Positions 30,899 through 39,783 of a DNA stretch of 64,000 nt are shown here, one piece after another. Position 1 is the stretch's first letter; each line of letters starts with the position of its first letter. Below the pieces are notes generated by a model that was not told the DNA's origin, ran no database searches, and saw only the letters and a program-made list of their open reading frames with translations. Source of the DNA: Aureliella sp. (GTDB lineage Bacteria; Planctomycetota; Planctomycetia; Pirellulales; Pirellulaceae); assembly GCA_963691875.1 (NCBI GenBank), contig OY829846.1, forward strand, positions 1,760,001 through 1,824,000, given 5' to 3'. The translations under genes were made by a program, and so were the position numbers.

Positions 30899-30991
30899 CG
30901 CTTCGGTGAACGATGCACGTTTTCTAAGTGGTTTCTGTTCACATAGTTTTAAGTATGAAACTAGAAACATCTAAGTTGATCAGGCAATAGA

Positions 30992-31879
30992 ATGCCATCC
31001 CCACGAGTCGAAACCACCCTCAAATGTCCGTGTTCTGTGAGCGGACGAGGATATTGGTCGGGCAAACTAAACACACTGACTTTTCATCCAGCACCAGTCG
31101 GAACAGGAATCCAATTCCGACGAGGCGATATCGCAAGTGCTAGAGCAGTCCCGGTCGTAACGGCAAATTGCATCGGCATGCCTCTTAGGACGAGGCTAAC
31201 CGATGGGTTCTCCGACTTCGACATGATTGAGCATGTAATGTCGGCATTGGCTGGCTTGCAAATCGACAACGCGATAGTAGCATGCACCGAGTCAGAGATG
31301 CCAGGCTTTGATGGCAGTAGCTATCCGATTGCCTTAGCGCTTCATCAGGCAGGGATCGAACCTCAACGAGAGGCAAAGGCTACGTTCCAGCCTAGCGAAC
31401 CCATTCAAATCGGAGACGCTGAACAATTTGTCAGGCTAGAACCACCTGGAGCCGATCAGTCAGCCAGCCTAGTTGTCGAATACCAATTGGACTACGGCGC
31501 GGATAGCCCGATCGGAATTCACACTTTCACAAGCGAATGCACACCTGAAACCTACTTGCATTCGATTGCTCCCGCAAGAACATTCATTACCGAACAAGAT
31601 GCTAAGCATCTCCAAGACAACGGAATGGCAACTCACGTCACAGAGCGGGACTTGGTCGTGTTTGGGCCGAGCGGCCCCATCCTCAACGAATTGCGTTTTG
31701 AAGATGAATGTGCCCGACACAAAGCCCTGGATTTGATAGGTGACCTAGCGTTGACCGGCTTGGATTTGGTAGGACGCTTAATTGCCCGCCGAAGTGGGCA
31801 CCATATGAACGGAGAAATGGCGAAGTTGATCGACGCACAAGTGGAAGTTGCCTCAGGCGCCCCGCGACGCGTAGCTTGA
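30992..31879 (+). CDS. lpxC: UDP-3-O-acyl-N-acetylglucosamine deacetylase
   Basis: IEHVMSAL, EMPGFDGS, IAPARTF, RHKALDLIGDL, SGH. Confidence 0.95.
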   Translation: MPSPRVETTLKCPCSVSGRGYWSGKLNTLTFHPAPVGTGIQFRRGDIASARAVPVVTANCIGMPLRTRLTDGFSDFDMIEHVMSALAGLQIDNAIVACTESEMPGFDGSSYPIALALHQAGIEPQREAKATFQPSEPIQIGDAEQFVRLEPPGADQSASLVVEYQLDYGADSPIGIHTFTSECTPETYLHSIAPARTFITEQDAKHLQDNGMATHVTERDLVVFGPSGPILNELRFEDECARHKALDLIGDLALTGLDLVGRLIARRSGHHMNGEMAKLIDAQVEVASGAPRRVA

Positions 31880-31930
31880 GCAGACATACTCGCCAAAGAC
31901 GATATTACTGTTTCTCGAAAGCAATTTAGT

Positions 31931-32737
31931 ATGGCCAGCATTATCGCCCATACCGCTGTTGTCGACCCACGAGCTGAGTTGGATGAAGATGTCCGAGTTG
32001 GACATCATTGCGTTATCGGTCCGAATGTAAGAATCGGACGCGGAACCAAACTAGAGAACAACGTTACCGTTACCGGCAATTCTACGGTTGGCAGAGACAA
32101 CCATCTCTTCCCTGGCGTCGTCATTGGTGCTGAGCCTCAGGATCTAAGCTACCAAGGAACGCCGACCCAAGTCATCATCGGAGATGGCAACGTCTTTCGT
32201 GAATCGGTGACCGTCAATCGAGCTACCGAAAAAGAAGACGGCATCACCCGTGTCGGCAACAATTGCTACATGATGACTTGTAGCCACGTCGCTCACGATT
32301 GCAAAGTAGGTGACCGAGTGATCATGGCTAACAATGTGATGCTCGGAGGGCACGTGCATGTCGACAACGATGCAACACTGTCTGGTGGCTGTGCAGTTCA
32401 CCACTTTGCATCCATCGGATGCTACAGCTTTGTAAGTGGCCTGAGCCGAGTTCTCCACGACGTGCCGCCTTACATGCTCGTCGAAGGCTTTCCAGCTCGG
32501 CCTCGGACGGTGAACGTCGTAGCGTTAAAACGCAAGAGTTTCTCAAGCGAAGCGATCAAATCTTTGATGGAGGCCTACCGGCTACTTTATCGCTCGAAAG
32601 TCGGTATGGAGCACGCTCGAGATATTTTGGCTGCGAACAAGCCATTGCTGCCAGAAGTGCAAGTTTTGTTTGACTTTATTGCCAACTCGCAAGACGGCCG
32701 CCACGGACGCGGCCGTGATCGAAGGAGAGCCGCTTGA
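31931..32737 (+). CDS. lpxA: Acyl-ACP--UDP-N-acetylglucosamine O-acyltransferase
   Basis: Hexapeptide repeats, PQDL, FRESVTVNRAT, HVAHDC, GHV, DVPPY. Confidence 0.95.
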   Translation: MASIIAHTAVVDPRAELDEDVRVGHHCVIGPNVRIGRGTKLENNVTVTGNSTVGRDNHLFPGVVIGAEPQDLSYQGTPTQVIIGDGNVFRESVTVNRATEKEDGITRVGNNCYMMTCSHVAHDCKVGDRVIMANNVMLGGHVHVDNDATLSGGCAVHHFASIGCYSFVSGLSRVLHDVPPYMLVEGFPARPRTVNVVALKRKSFSSEAIKSLMEAYRLLYRSKVGMEHARDILAANKPLLPEVQVLFDFIANSQDGRHGRGRDRRRAA

Positions 32738-33876
32738 GTTCCCAAGCACCCCAATCACCTAATGCTCCTTTACGACTCGCTGTCATCGGCGGCGGGCATC
32801 TCGGTAGGATCCACGCAAAACTTGCTGCGTCTAGCGATCAGTTCGAAGTGCTTGCGGTTGCTGACCCGAATTTTGATTCTCGTGAGTTGGTCGAAAAAGA
32901 GCTTTGCCTACCTTCAGTTGAAGACTACCGAGCGTTGGTAGGTAAGATTGACGCTGCAGTTGTCGCAGCTCCTACCATGGCTCACTACGAGATCACGAGC
33001 ACTCTCCTCCGAGCAGGCGTACATTGCTTAGTTGAAAAGCCACTAACGCTATCGCCAGACCAGGCGCAAAGATTAGTTCAAATCGCAGCAAATCATCGAC
33101 GAGTTCTGCAAGTCGGCCACGTAGAACGATTCAATCCTATGTGGACTGTCGCGCAGGCCGAAATTGGTAGTCCCAAGTTCATCGAAGCGACGCGATTCGG
33201 CCCCTACAGCGGCCGCAGTACAGACATCGGTGTAGTGTTGGACCTGATGGTGCATGATCTAGACCTAATTCTTTCTTTGGATCGTAGCGAAGTTCGCAGT
33301 ATCCACGCCTCAGGAGTTGCCGTGCTAGGAAGCCACGAGGATATCGCTGAGGCGCGAATTGAGTTCGAGAGCGGATGTATTGCGAACGTTAAAGCGTCGC
33401 GTATTGCGCAGAATCCAACGCGGCGGATGCAAGTCTATTCAAGCACCGGGCTTGCCGATATCGACTTCTCCGGGGAAAACGTCGAATTCGTATCGCCAAC
33501 GCCAAAGTTGCTCTCGCGTGCGGTGCATCTAGATGAACTTCCTGTTGCAGATCGAATGGAAGCAAAAAACACTGTCTACGGCGAGCTTTTCAAGACGCGC
33601 TCGGTTGCAGCGCCGAGGCGAAACGCCATTCTCGACGAGCAGAATGATTTCGCGCTCAGTATCCAATCCGGTTCGGCTCCATCGGTAACCGGTGAAGATG
33701 GAGCTCGAGCGGTGCGAATTGCCTGTGAAATCATCGAGCAGATTCAGGCTCACGCTTGGGACGGCCCCACCAGCAAACCCTGGCGTGTCGGACCATTGGC
33801 TACGGAAGGTCCTCGGATTCTACCAATGCCAGAACGTGGGACCGAGCAAGATCAACCGACGCGTCGTGCCGGCTAG
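32734..33876 (+). CDS. Gfo/Idh/MocA oxidoreductase, GnnA-like
   Basis: GGGHLG, LVEKP, VGHVERFNP, DIGVVLDLMVHDLD; overlaps the lpxA stop by 4 bp. Confidence 0.85.
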   Translation: MSSQAPQSPNAPLRLAVIGGGHLGRIHAKLAASSDQFEVLAVADPNFDSRELVEKELCLPSVEDYRALVGKIDAAVVAAPTMAHYEITSTLLRAGVHCLVEKPLTLSPDQAQRLVQIAANHRRVLQVGHVERFNPMWTVAQAEIGSPKFIEATRFGPYSGRSTDIGVVLDLMVHDLDLILSLDRSEVRSIHASGVAVLGSHEDIAEARIEFESGCIANVKASRIAQNPTRRMQVYSSTGLADIDFSGENVEFVSPTPKLLSRAVHLDELPVADRMEAKNTVYGELFKTRSVAAPRRNAILDEQNDFALSIQSGSAPSVTGEDGARAVRIACEIIEQIQAHAWDGPTSKPWRVGPLATEGPRILPMPERGTEQDQPTRRAG

Positions 33877-34163
33877 GCTTTGGCAAATGACATCACCAAG
33901 CTTCAGCAAGAATGGCATTCGGGCCAATATCTTTTCTGGACGCAAACGAGAACGTGCGTCGTGTCAGGCGTTCGGGATGGGGCAATATGTAGCAATTTGT
34001 CGAGGTCGGGGCACCGCGTAAGCAGTCCTTTTTCGCCGAAATTGGGCGACGTGAATGGCCCCAAAGCAATAGCATTCATGCCGCTGCCGCAAAGACGTTC
34101 GTTCCCTCGTAGATGTTGAGAGGGACCAGTTTTCCCACCCGCCCTCCAAATTCACTGAACCTA

Positions 34164-34289
34164 GGTGGAGTTACTCCGGTCCGCTATGTACGGAATCTGG
34201 CTTTGCAGCTATGATTTCGCCACAGCGGATGAAAGTCCGCCCCGTGATGCGTTTCGCTGACAAACGGCTCGAGCGATCGAGTAACCGTT
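34164..34289 (+). ncRNA. Candidate structured RNA immediately 5' of tRNA-Ser
   Basis: Hairpins TCCG-CTATGTA-CGGA, GCGGAT-GAAA-GTCCGC and AACGG/CTCGA-GCGA-TCGAG/CCGTT, the last two with GNRA loops. Confidence 0.4.
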
Positions 34290-34290
34290 C

Positions 34291-34372
34291 GGAGGGTAAG
34301 CGAATGGCTAGCGGCTTCATTGGAAATGAAGTGCCCCGTATGGGGTTGCGGGTTCGAGTCCCGTGCCCTCCG
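34291..34372 (+). tRNA. tRNA-Ser(GGA), atypical D-arm, CCA not encoded
   Basis: Acceptor GGAGGGT/GCCCTCC, discriminator G, anticodon arm CTTCA-TTGGAAA-TGAAG, long variable arm GCCCC-GTAT-GGGGT, T-loop TTCGAGT. Confidence 0.88.
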
Positions 34373-34403
34373 CCTTGAGGGTAGATTCTGCCCTAACAAA
34401 ATT

Positions 34404-34443
34404 ACGCCGAAGTCTGGCTTGCTGGACTCTCGGCGTTTTTTTT
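34404..34443 (+). terminator. Intrinsic terminator after tRNA-Ser
   Basis: ACGCCGA...TCGGCGT stem followed by a T-tract. Confidence 0.8.
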
Positions 34444-34693
34444 CATCGTCACCGATCGCTCCCTCGGTCTGAGCGTAGCCTCATGATTTTCTGTGTGACT
34501 CGCCCACCTAAGGAGAATTAACCGGAGATTCACTCAGCAAGGAAGAAGATCTATGTTCAATGCGTCTTTTAACTGCGGCCTGATTCAAATACGGCATTAA
34601 GCAAATGGATAATCCTCCTCCAGCCATCCCCGCCGAGAGGTCGATTCTCTACCTACGAAATTGGCTAGAGCATACTCTCATTCGAACGCGGAA

Positions 34694-35650
34694 ATGACGG
34701 CAAAGTCTTGGTCCCGAGTTGCGATACCTGTCTCACTGAGCGTCCTTCTGCTCGGCTGCGCGTCCGACCATTATCACTACGGCGTTGGGAGAGTGGCTTT
34801 GCGCGGTGCGAAGCCAGCGAGCAGTGTTGAACCTTCTTCGCGTCAGCTATGGGTTACGCACGGAGGTGATCACCTAACACTGGATCGAGTGGAGAAAGTG
34901 GTACAAGCGCCAGGTCGTTGGATCGGCAAATTGCTTGGGCGCGAACAGCTTTCAGACGACGAAGCAAGTATCTTGCGCGACGAAGGCCTGCTGTTAGCTA
35001 GCAACTATTTCCTAGCGAACGGATTGACTGACATCAAGGTAGATGTCCATGCCTATTCACCGAAGCTGCAATGGACGCGATTGGTGGCGAACAAGGAGAT
35101 CTCACCGATATGGAAGTACACCGGAGGAACTGCAAGTTGGCTGCGTTACGCGTTGCTTCCGCATCGCATTCTGCATCAAAACGATTTTGATCCATTTACC
35201 AAGACTCTCAGCATCAATTCCACCCGTCCGCTTCAAGTTCTCTACGAATCTGCTGTTGCCAAAGAGTACTTCTATCATCGAGATGACATTGGCGTCGGAA
35301 ACTACGCGATGCTTCAGTACGTTCCCTTTGCACCGCTATGGCACCACGGAAGAGTCACTCAAGATGTCATCACCTATTCGGATCACCATTTAGATCCCGG
35401 GCTTGACAGGCAACTCTACCCCTTGGTCTGGGCAAGACTCGGTTCCATTGCTGTGTCGGAGACGCTCTCCGTCTTTAGTGTTGTTCCCAGCGACTCGTTC
35501 CTTGCCCCCGCAATGCTTAGAATCTCAGGTAGTTTAGCCGGCAGGTTGGCTGGAAAAGAAATAGCCAACAAGAAGTATCGTGAAGAGAAGAGGCAGGGCA
35601 TCCATCAGGCTAGTGCCCTGGAGGCGGCAAGCAGTACAGCGAGCAATTGA
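34694..35650 (+). CDS. Hypothetical protein, probable lipoprotein
   Basis: ORF open from 34661; hydrophobic signal ending in the lipobox-like LLLGC. Confidence 0.75.
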   Translation: MTAKSWSRVAIPVSLSVLLLGCASDHYHYGVGRVALRGAKPASSVEPSSRQLWVTHGGDHLTLDRVEKVVQAPGRWIGKLLGREQLSDDEASILRDEGLLLASNYFLANGLTDIKVDVHAYSPKLQWTRLVANKEISPIWKYTGGTASWLRYALLPHRILHQNDFDPFTKTLSINSTRPLQVLYESAVAKEYFYHRDDIGVGNYAMLQYVPFAPLWHHGRVTQDVITYSDHHLDPGLDRQLYPLVWARLGSIAVSETLSVFSVVPSDSFLAPAMLRISGSLAGRLAGKEIANKKYREEKRQGIHQASALEAASSTASN

Positions 35651-36223
35651 CAAGCACAGTGTTCTAATACGGAAAATCTGGCCGCGACACTCGTTTTTTC
35701 CCGGTGCCGCACTGCAAGAGAATTGCAGATACGCTTTGCTTCCGCTTTCAAAGCAAAGAATCTTACAGATGGTCGCTTCGTTCACTAGCAAAGAAATCCG
35801 ATGCTTATAACAGCTCCGTCCAAGCTCACGACGTTGACCATGTGCGAGTTCTGAGCTTTCATAAAGGAGTAAGAGAATTCTCGCTCGTCTTGCAAGTTGC
35901 ACCGGTTGATCATTCCGCAACCGCTGGTCAGCGTGAACAGCGAACGTACGAATTGTCTTTGGTAGCTGAAGCTCGCTGAAAGACCGAGAACTGGAGTCAT
36001 TCGAGTTTCGCGGCAAGTCATATTCGCAGGAACACCGGGCTCGTCATCTGGAATGAAGACGCTGTTTTCTAAGCTACCAAGCATGATAGCCATGTTCGTG
36101 CCGACGTTGACGCTCAAGCCAGGCAAAAGGCACCAAATCAATTCACCCCTAGGTTAACACTACCACTAAGGTAAGTGCTAGTACAATTCGCGTTGAAGGC
36201 AGTTCGGAAGTCGCCCCGGTGTA

Positions 36224-36798
36224 TCAAACAGCAAAAAACTGATCAATCGAAACCGCTTCACCACCTCCACTCAATCGAAGCGAAAGTTCATCTCGGAGGC
36301 GGAGCTTCTGAGCCAGCTCCATGTCGTAGACGTTGTAGTAGAAGAACAAAGAGCCGGAGATAAAGGTAGCTCGGTCTTCAGGAGTTACAGTTTCGACTCC
36401 CGCAGTATTACCGGAGTCATTGTTTTCCGAGTTGTCGCTGGAGACGAGCATCGCTCGAAGTGAGCCGGCATGCGACTCGAACAATGAGTTTTCAAAGTCA
36501 GTGTATTGGAACACTACTTCCGTGCCATTGGCGAAGCGGCGGCCTAGTGCAAACCGGTAGCCGCTATCTTAGTTGCTACCGACGGCAAGATATCCCACAC
36601 AAATCCTCGGTCTTGTACACCGTCGATATCAGTGATTGCATACTGCGTTGCAGGCGTGCGATCCGCCCAGTTTAAATTGTCTAAGGAGCTAATTCAGTCG
36701 CGTTGTCCGTCTGCGCAGAGTGTTGATCGTGCGAAGCCTTGCGTCGTCTATGCGATTGCGATTATCGCGGCAAGCATTGTAGCTAGTCTGCCCCTCAT
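36224..36798 (-). pseudogene. Probable decayed secreted-protein gene
   Basis: GAAGG RBS and signal-like MRGRLATMLAAIIAIA, interrupted by TAG and TGA; needs a frameshift and a further TAA readthrough to join ORF 36224..36514. Confidence 0.35.
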
Positions 36799-37107
36799 TC
36801 TTTCACCTTCAGTGTGTAGGCCTGAAGTGCCGCCTAGGCAGAGAAAGAGGATGCCGAAGCGGGCAGTACAGGTGCCGCATCCTTTGCCGACGACTGCACT
36901 CGAGTTGCAGTTACTCGGATGGCAAGTGGGAGAAAGCAAACTAAGAGGGGGCTTTACAATCGCATTGTGAGACACTGATTTCGCTGAATTATCTTAGGTT
37001 TGATCGTACCAAATGTGCTTTACTTGCATTGCGAGGTCGGGCGAACATTGCATGCTCGCATGTTGCGACTGACCGAACGGTTACAGATGCGATAGAAGCT
37101 TAAACAG

Positions 37108-37752
37108 CTATTCAAAACACTCATTTACACAAACCCTTGCACCTTGTTTCTCAAGGAGCCCTCGATACCATATTTCCGTCTCAAGAGTGCGTTCTGTATC
37201 TTCTTGAGTTCCCCAAATGATCGAGAGCGTTCGAGTCGTAGAACACGAGGTCTTGGTGCGTTGTGAATCCTTAATGGCGTTCGCACAGGGGCCTGACTGG
37301 TCAAAAAGGCAGAGCAAACCACCAATGTCTATTTCTTGGCTGCTAAGATTGAACACATAACTGCTTCCAGACTCTGCGACCTGAATGCTGAGTGGCTCTA
37401 CAGCCAAGTCCAAATCAACCACACTGATTGGTAGTCCGCTGTGCAGCGAGCAAACGTTGCAGGCATCAACGGCCAAGTTGATGGAACCTAACCGCCCAGC
37501 CACTTCGGCTTTTAGCAAATACTCAGAAGCCGGTTTACTTCTTCCAGTCGGCTTGAAGCCACTAACTCGCAGCATGTCGCGCACAGCTTTTCGAATCGTA
37601 TCGTTAGATTCGATTGGAGCCTGAGCTGCGAGGGATAATTGGAGCTTTAATGAAGACGCACCCATTTCCCCCAAAGGGCGAGGGAACTCCGAGACAAAAT
37701 ACCGTGCGTCGAGCTTTGGGTGTTCGCATACGTCAACCATGCGATCTCGCAT
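37108..37752 (-). CDS. Stand-alone B3/B4 (PheRS-beta editing-like) domain protein
   Basis: FKPTGRSKPASEYL, INLAVDACNVCSLHSGLPISVVDLD, DSQRTK; GAAGGAGG RBS before ATG 37752. Confidence 0.88.
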   Translation of the reverse strand: MRDRMVDVCEHPKLDARYFVSEFPRPLGEMGASSLKLQLSLAAQAPIESNDTIRKAVRDMLRVSGFKPTGRSKPASEYLLKAEVAGRLGSINLAVDACNVCSLHSGLPISVVDLDLAVEPLSIQVAESGSSYVFNLSSQEIDIGGLLCLFDQSGPCANAIKDSQRTKTSCSTTRTLSIIWGTQEDTERTLETEIWYRGLLEKQGARVCVNECFE

Positions 37753-38313
37753 TGTTCCTCCTTCAAAGATTAGTACCACTGCGATGCGATATCCATGTGC
37801 GAAGCTCGAGCTGGCGGCTTCGCCGAAGAGTCAAATGAATTGAGCAAAATTCAAACAGCATTCGTAGGATAGTCTTCTGAAAGCCTAGCCACTTCAGAAC
37901 ACAGTGCGAATTGGCTATCGCTGCTTCGCCAAAGTCCAGTCAATAGAATATCCCGAAAGGGACTTAGACAGCCCCAGCCGGCACTCTGCCGACCTGAAGT
38001 TTAGCCGAAGCATTTCGGGGTTTGGGACATCGAGGAGAGAGACTAGTGGAATCGGGGACAGATCGTCTAGCTAGACCACGACTGAGCAAAAATGTAGAAA
38101 GTCTGTAAAGCGTGTCTTTTGCGTCAACGAAACCGGCTCGCCGAACGTCCACTGATAAGATCGCGCTTGCCCCACTTCGAGATAGATTGATGCTAATTAA
38201 ACGATGCGAAGTTCGGGATGTGTACGTTTTTGCCCCGCTGCAGCTTCCGTTTTTCGAGCGTAAGTGTTTGAGCGGATGAGATCCGCCCGATCTCGCCAAA
38301 TGAGGATTCGAAA

Positions 38314-38826
38314 TTGATCGGGGAGAAATCCGGCGGGCTGCAGGAAGAAGCAGATCGTGCGAAACAGAAGAAGAAGCACCATCGGAAAAGAAAAACCGAG
38401 TCGGACCGGATGTTGAACATCGGATTTACCCACGATCCGGGAGCAGGAAAGTACGACGGCGTAATAGGTGCGCTGACGGATACCTGGAATCTTGTCAGCA
38501 TGGGAACGACGGCAAAGGATCTCATGCGCTACAGCGATGCTTCCAGCAGTACCGCATGCATCCGCATCACTCGGCACAATGGCGTCTGGGGCATTGACGG
38601 GCACCTGGGTATCTTCCTTGGCTACATCTACGACAATCGCCGGTGTAAGAACTTAGAGGCGACCATCCTAGACCTGGAGCCAGGGCGCTATCGAGCCTAC
38701 GTCTATACCCATGGGGACGCACCGAACTGGACGCCGAAGTTTCCACCGGTAGTGAATGTTTGGTTTGGCCCAAATAGCCGAACGGCAAAGTACCAAGATC
38801 AACAGGTCAAGCCTGGACGATTGTAG
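38314..38826 (+). pseudogene. Hypothetical protein fragment adjacent to the tRNA-Glu 3' end
   Basis: Protein-like core (GVIG..DTWN...LEPGRYRAYVYTHGD), in-frame TGA shortly upstream of a weak TTG start, unrelated-looking C-terminus. Confidence 0.4.
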
Positions 38827-38975
38827 AGAGCGGCGTTGATGCGAACGGTAAGAGCCGAGCCTAGCCTTTCTGCGTCCTGTGCTCCGTAATTACAAGGAAT
38901 GGACCAAGACGAAGAACCAAGAAAAACATAAACCCCTGAAAACATGCGTTCTCAAGAGCTTCTGAGGATCAACAG

Positions 38976-39048
38976 TACCCCGTAAGGGATTCGAACCCCT
39001 GTTTCCGGATCGAGAACCCGGCGTCCTGGGCCGCTAGACGAACGGGGC
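38976..39048 (-). tRNA. tRNA-Glu(CTC), CCA not encoded
   Basis: Reverse complement folds as acceptor GCCCCGT/ACGGGGT, anticodon arm CCGGG-TTCTCGA-TCCGG, T-arm AGGGG-TTCGAAT-CCCTT. Confidence 0.96.
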
Positions 39049-39192
39049 GTCAAAAAGGAAGACGCAAGAGTCTGGGACCGCCATACCTGTTTGGTGTTCC
39101 CAGCCTGCCTGAGGCTACCAAGTTTACCCGAAGGCATCGTTCTGAGAATCCCAGATTGGTGAACACAATCTCCCTGCCTTCTTTTTAAGGGC

Positions 39193-39606
39193 TTAAGCAT
39201 CTAACTCTCCGCCATCCGTTTCATAGGCTTCACGTTCGAAGGGATTGTCTCGGTATATCCTGCGACCGGTCAGCCACATATAGATAGACGAAAGGAAATA
39301 GGCCGGTAAGAAAAACGGACCCCAACGCTCGTACTGCGCCACATGCACCGTTTCATGCGTCCGTGCTACGTCGAGAGAAGCCGCGGTTTGCCCAAGTATC
39401 GCATGGCCAAGAGTTAGCGCCAGCGTGAATTGCCCATTCGGAAGTCGCTGAATCATCCACTTCGTACCGCCCTCGTAGAATTCAATCGCCGGTCCTCGAA
39501 ACTGCACGCGTCCTCCAAAGCACATTCCGATGCTCCCGAACAGCAGACCGAGCAAAGTATTGGGCGAAACCCAGAGAACGCGAAATGTAAAAATGAGTTG
39601 TTTCAA
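39193..39606 (-). CDS. Hypothetical protein with an HExxH motif
   Basis: W.SPNTLLG, TLGH, HETVHVAQYERWG, NPFEREA. Confidence 0.82.
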   Translation of the reverse strand: MKQLIFTFRVLWVSPNTLLGLLFGSIGMCFGGRVQFRGPAIEFYEGGTKWMIQRLPNGQFTLALTLGHAILGQTAASLDVARTHETVHVAQYERWGPFFLPAYFLSSIYMWLTGRRIYRDNPFEREAYETDGGELDA

Positions 39607-39783
39607 AGTTGGATACGAGCCTCGCCCGCGACTCGCGCTACCTTCGGTAAAGTGTTGAAACGCATAAGAATTCGTCGCGAGGCAAGCGATAGGCCCCCTG
39701 CCACTTCGCGGAGGCCCAGGCCGATCAGTCGAGAATCAGTTATAGTATTCCTTCCCACATTCTATCAGATCTAGACCACTAGT

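Noticed and set aside
33880..34119. 79-aa ORF after the GnnA-like gene
   Set aside because: TTG start, no RBS or motifs; may simply be the tRNA promoter region.
34200..34260. Hammerhead ribozyme or c-di-GMP riboswitch
   Set aside because: It lacks the CUGAUGA core and the c-di-GMP-I consensus; kept only as an unclassified structured RNA candidate.
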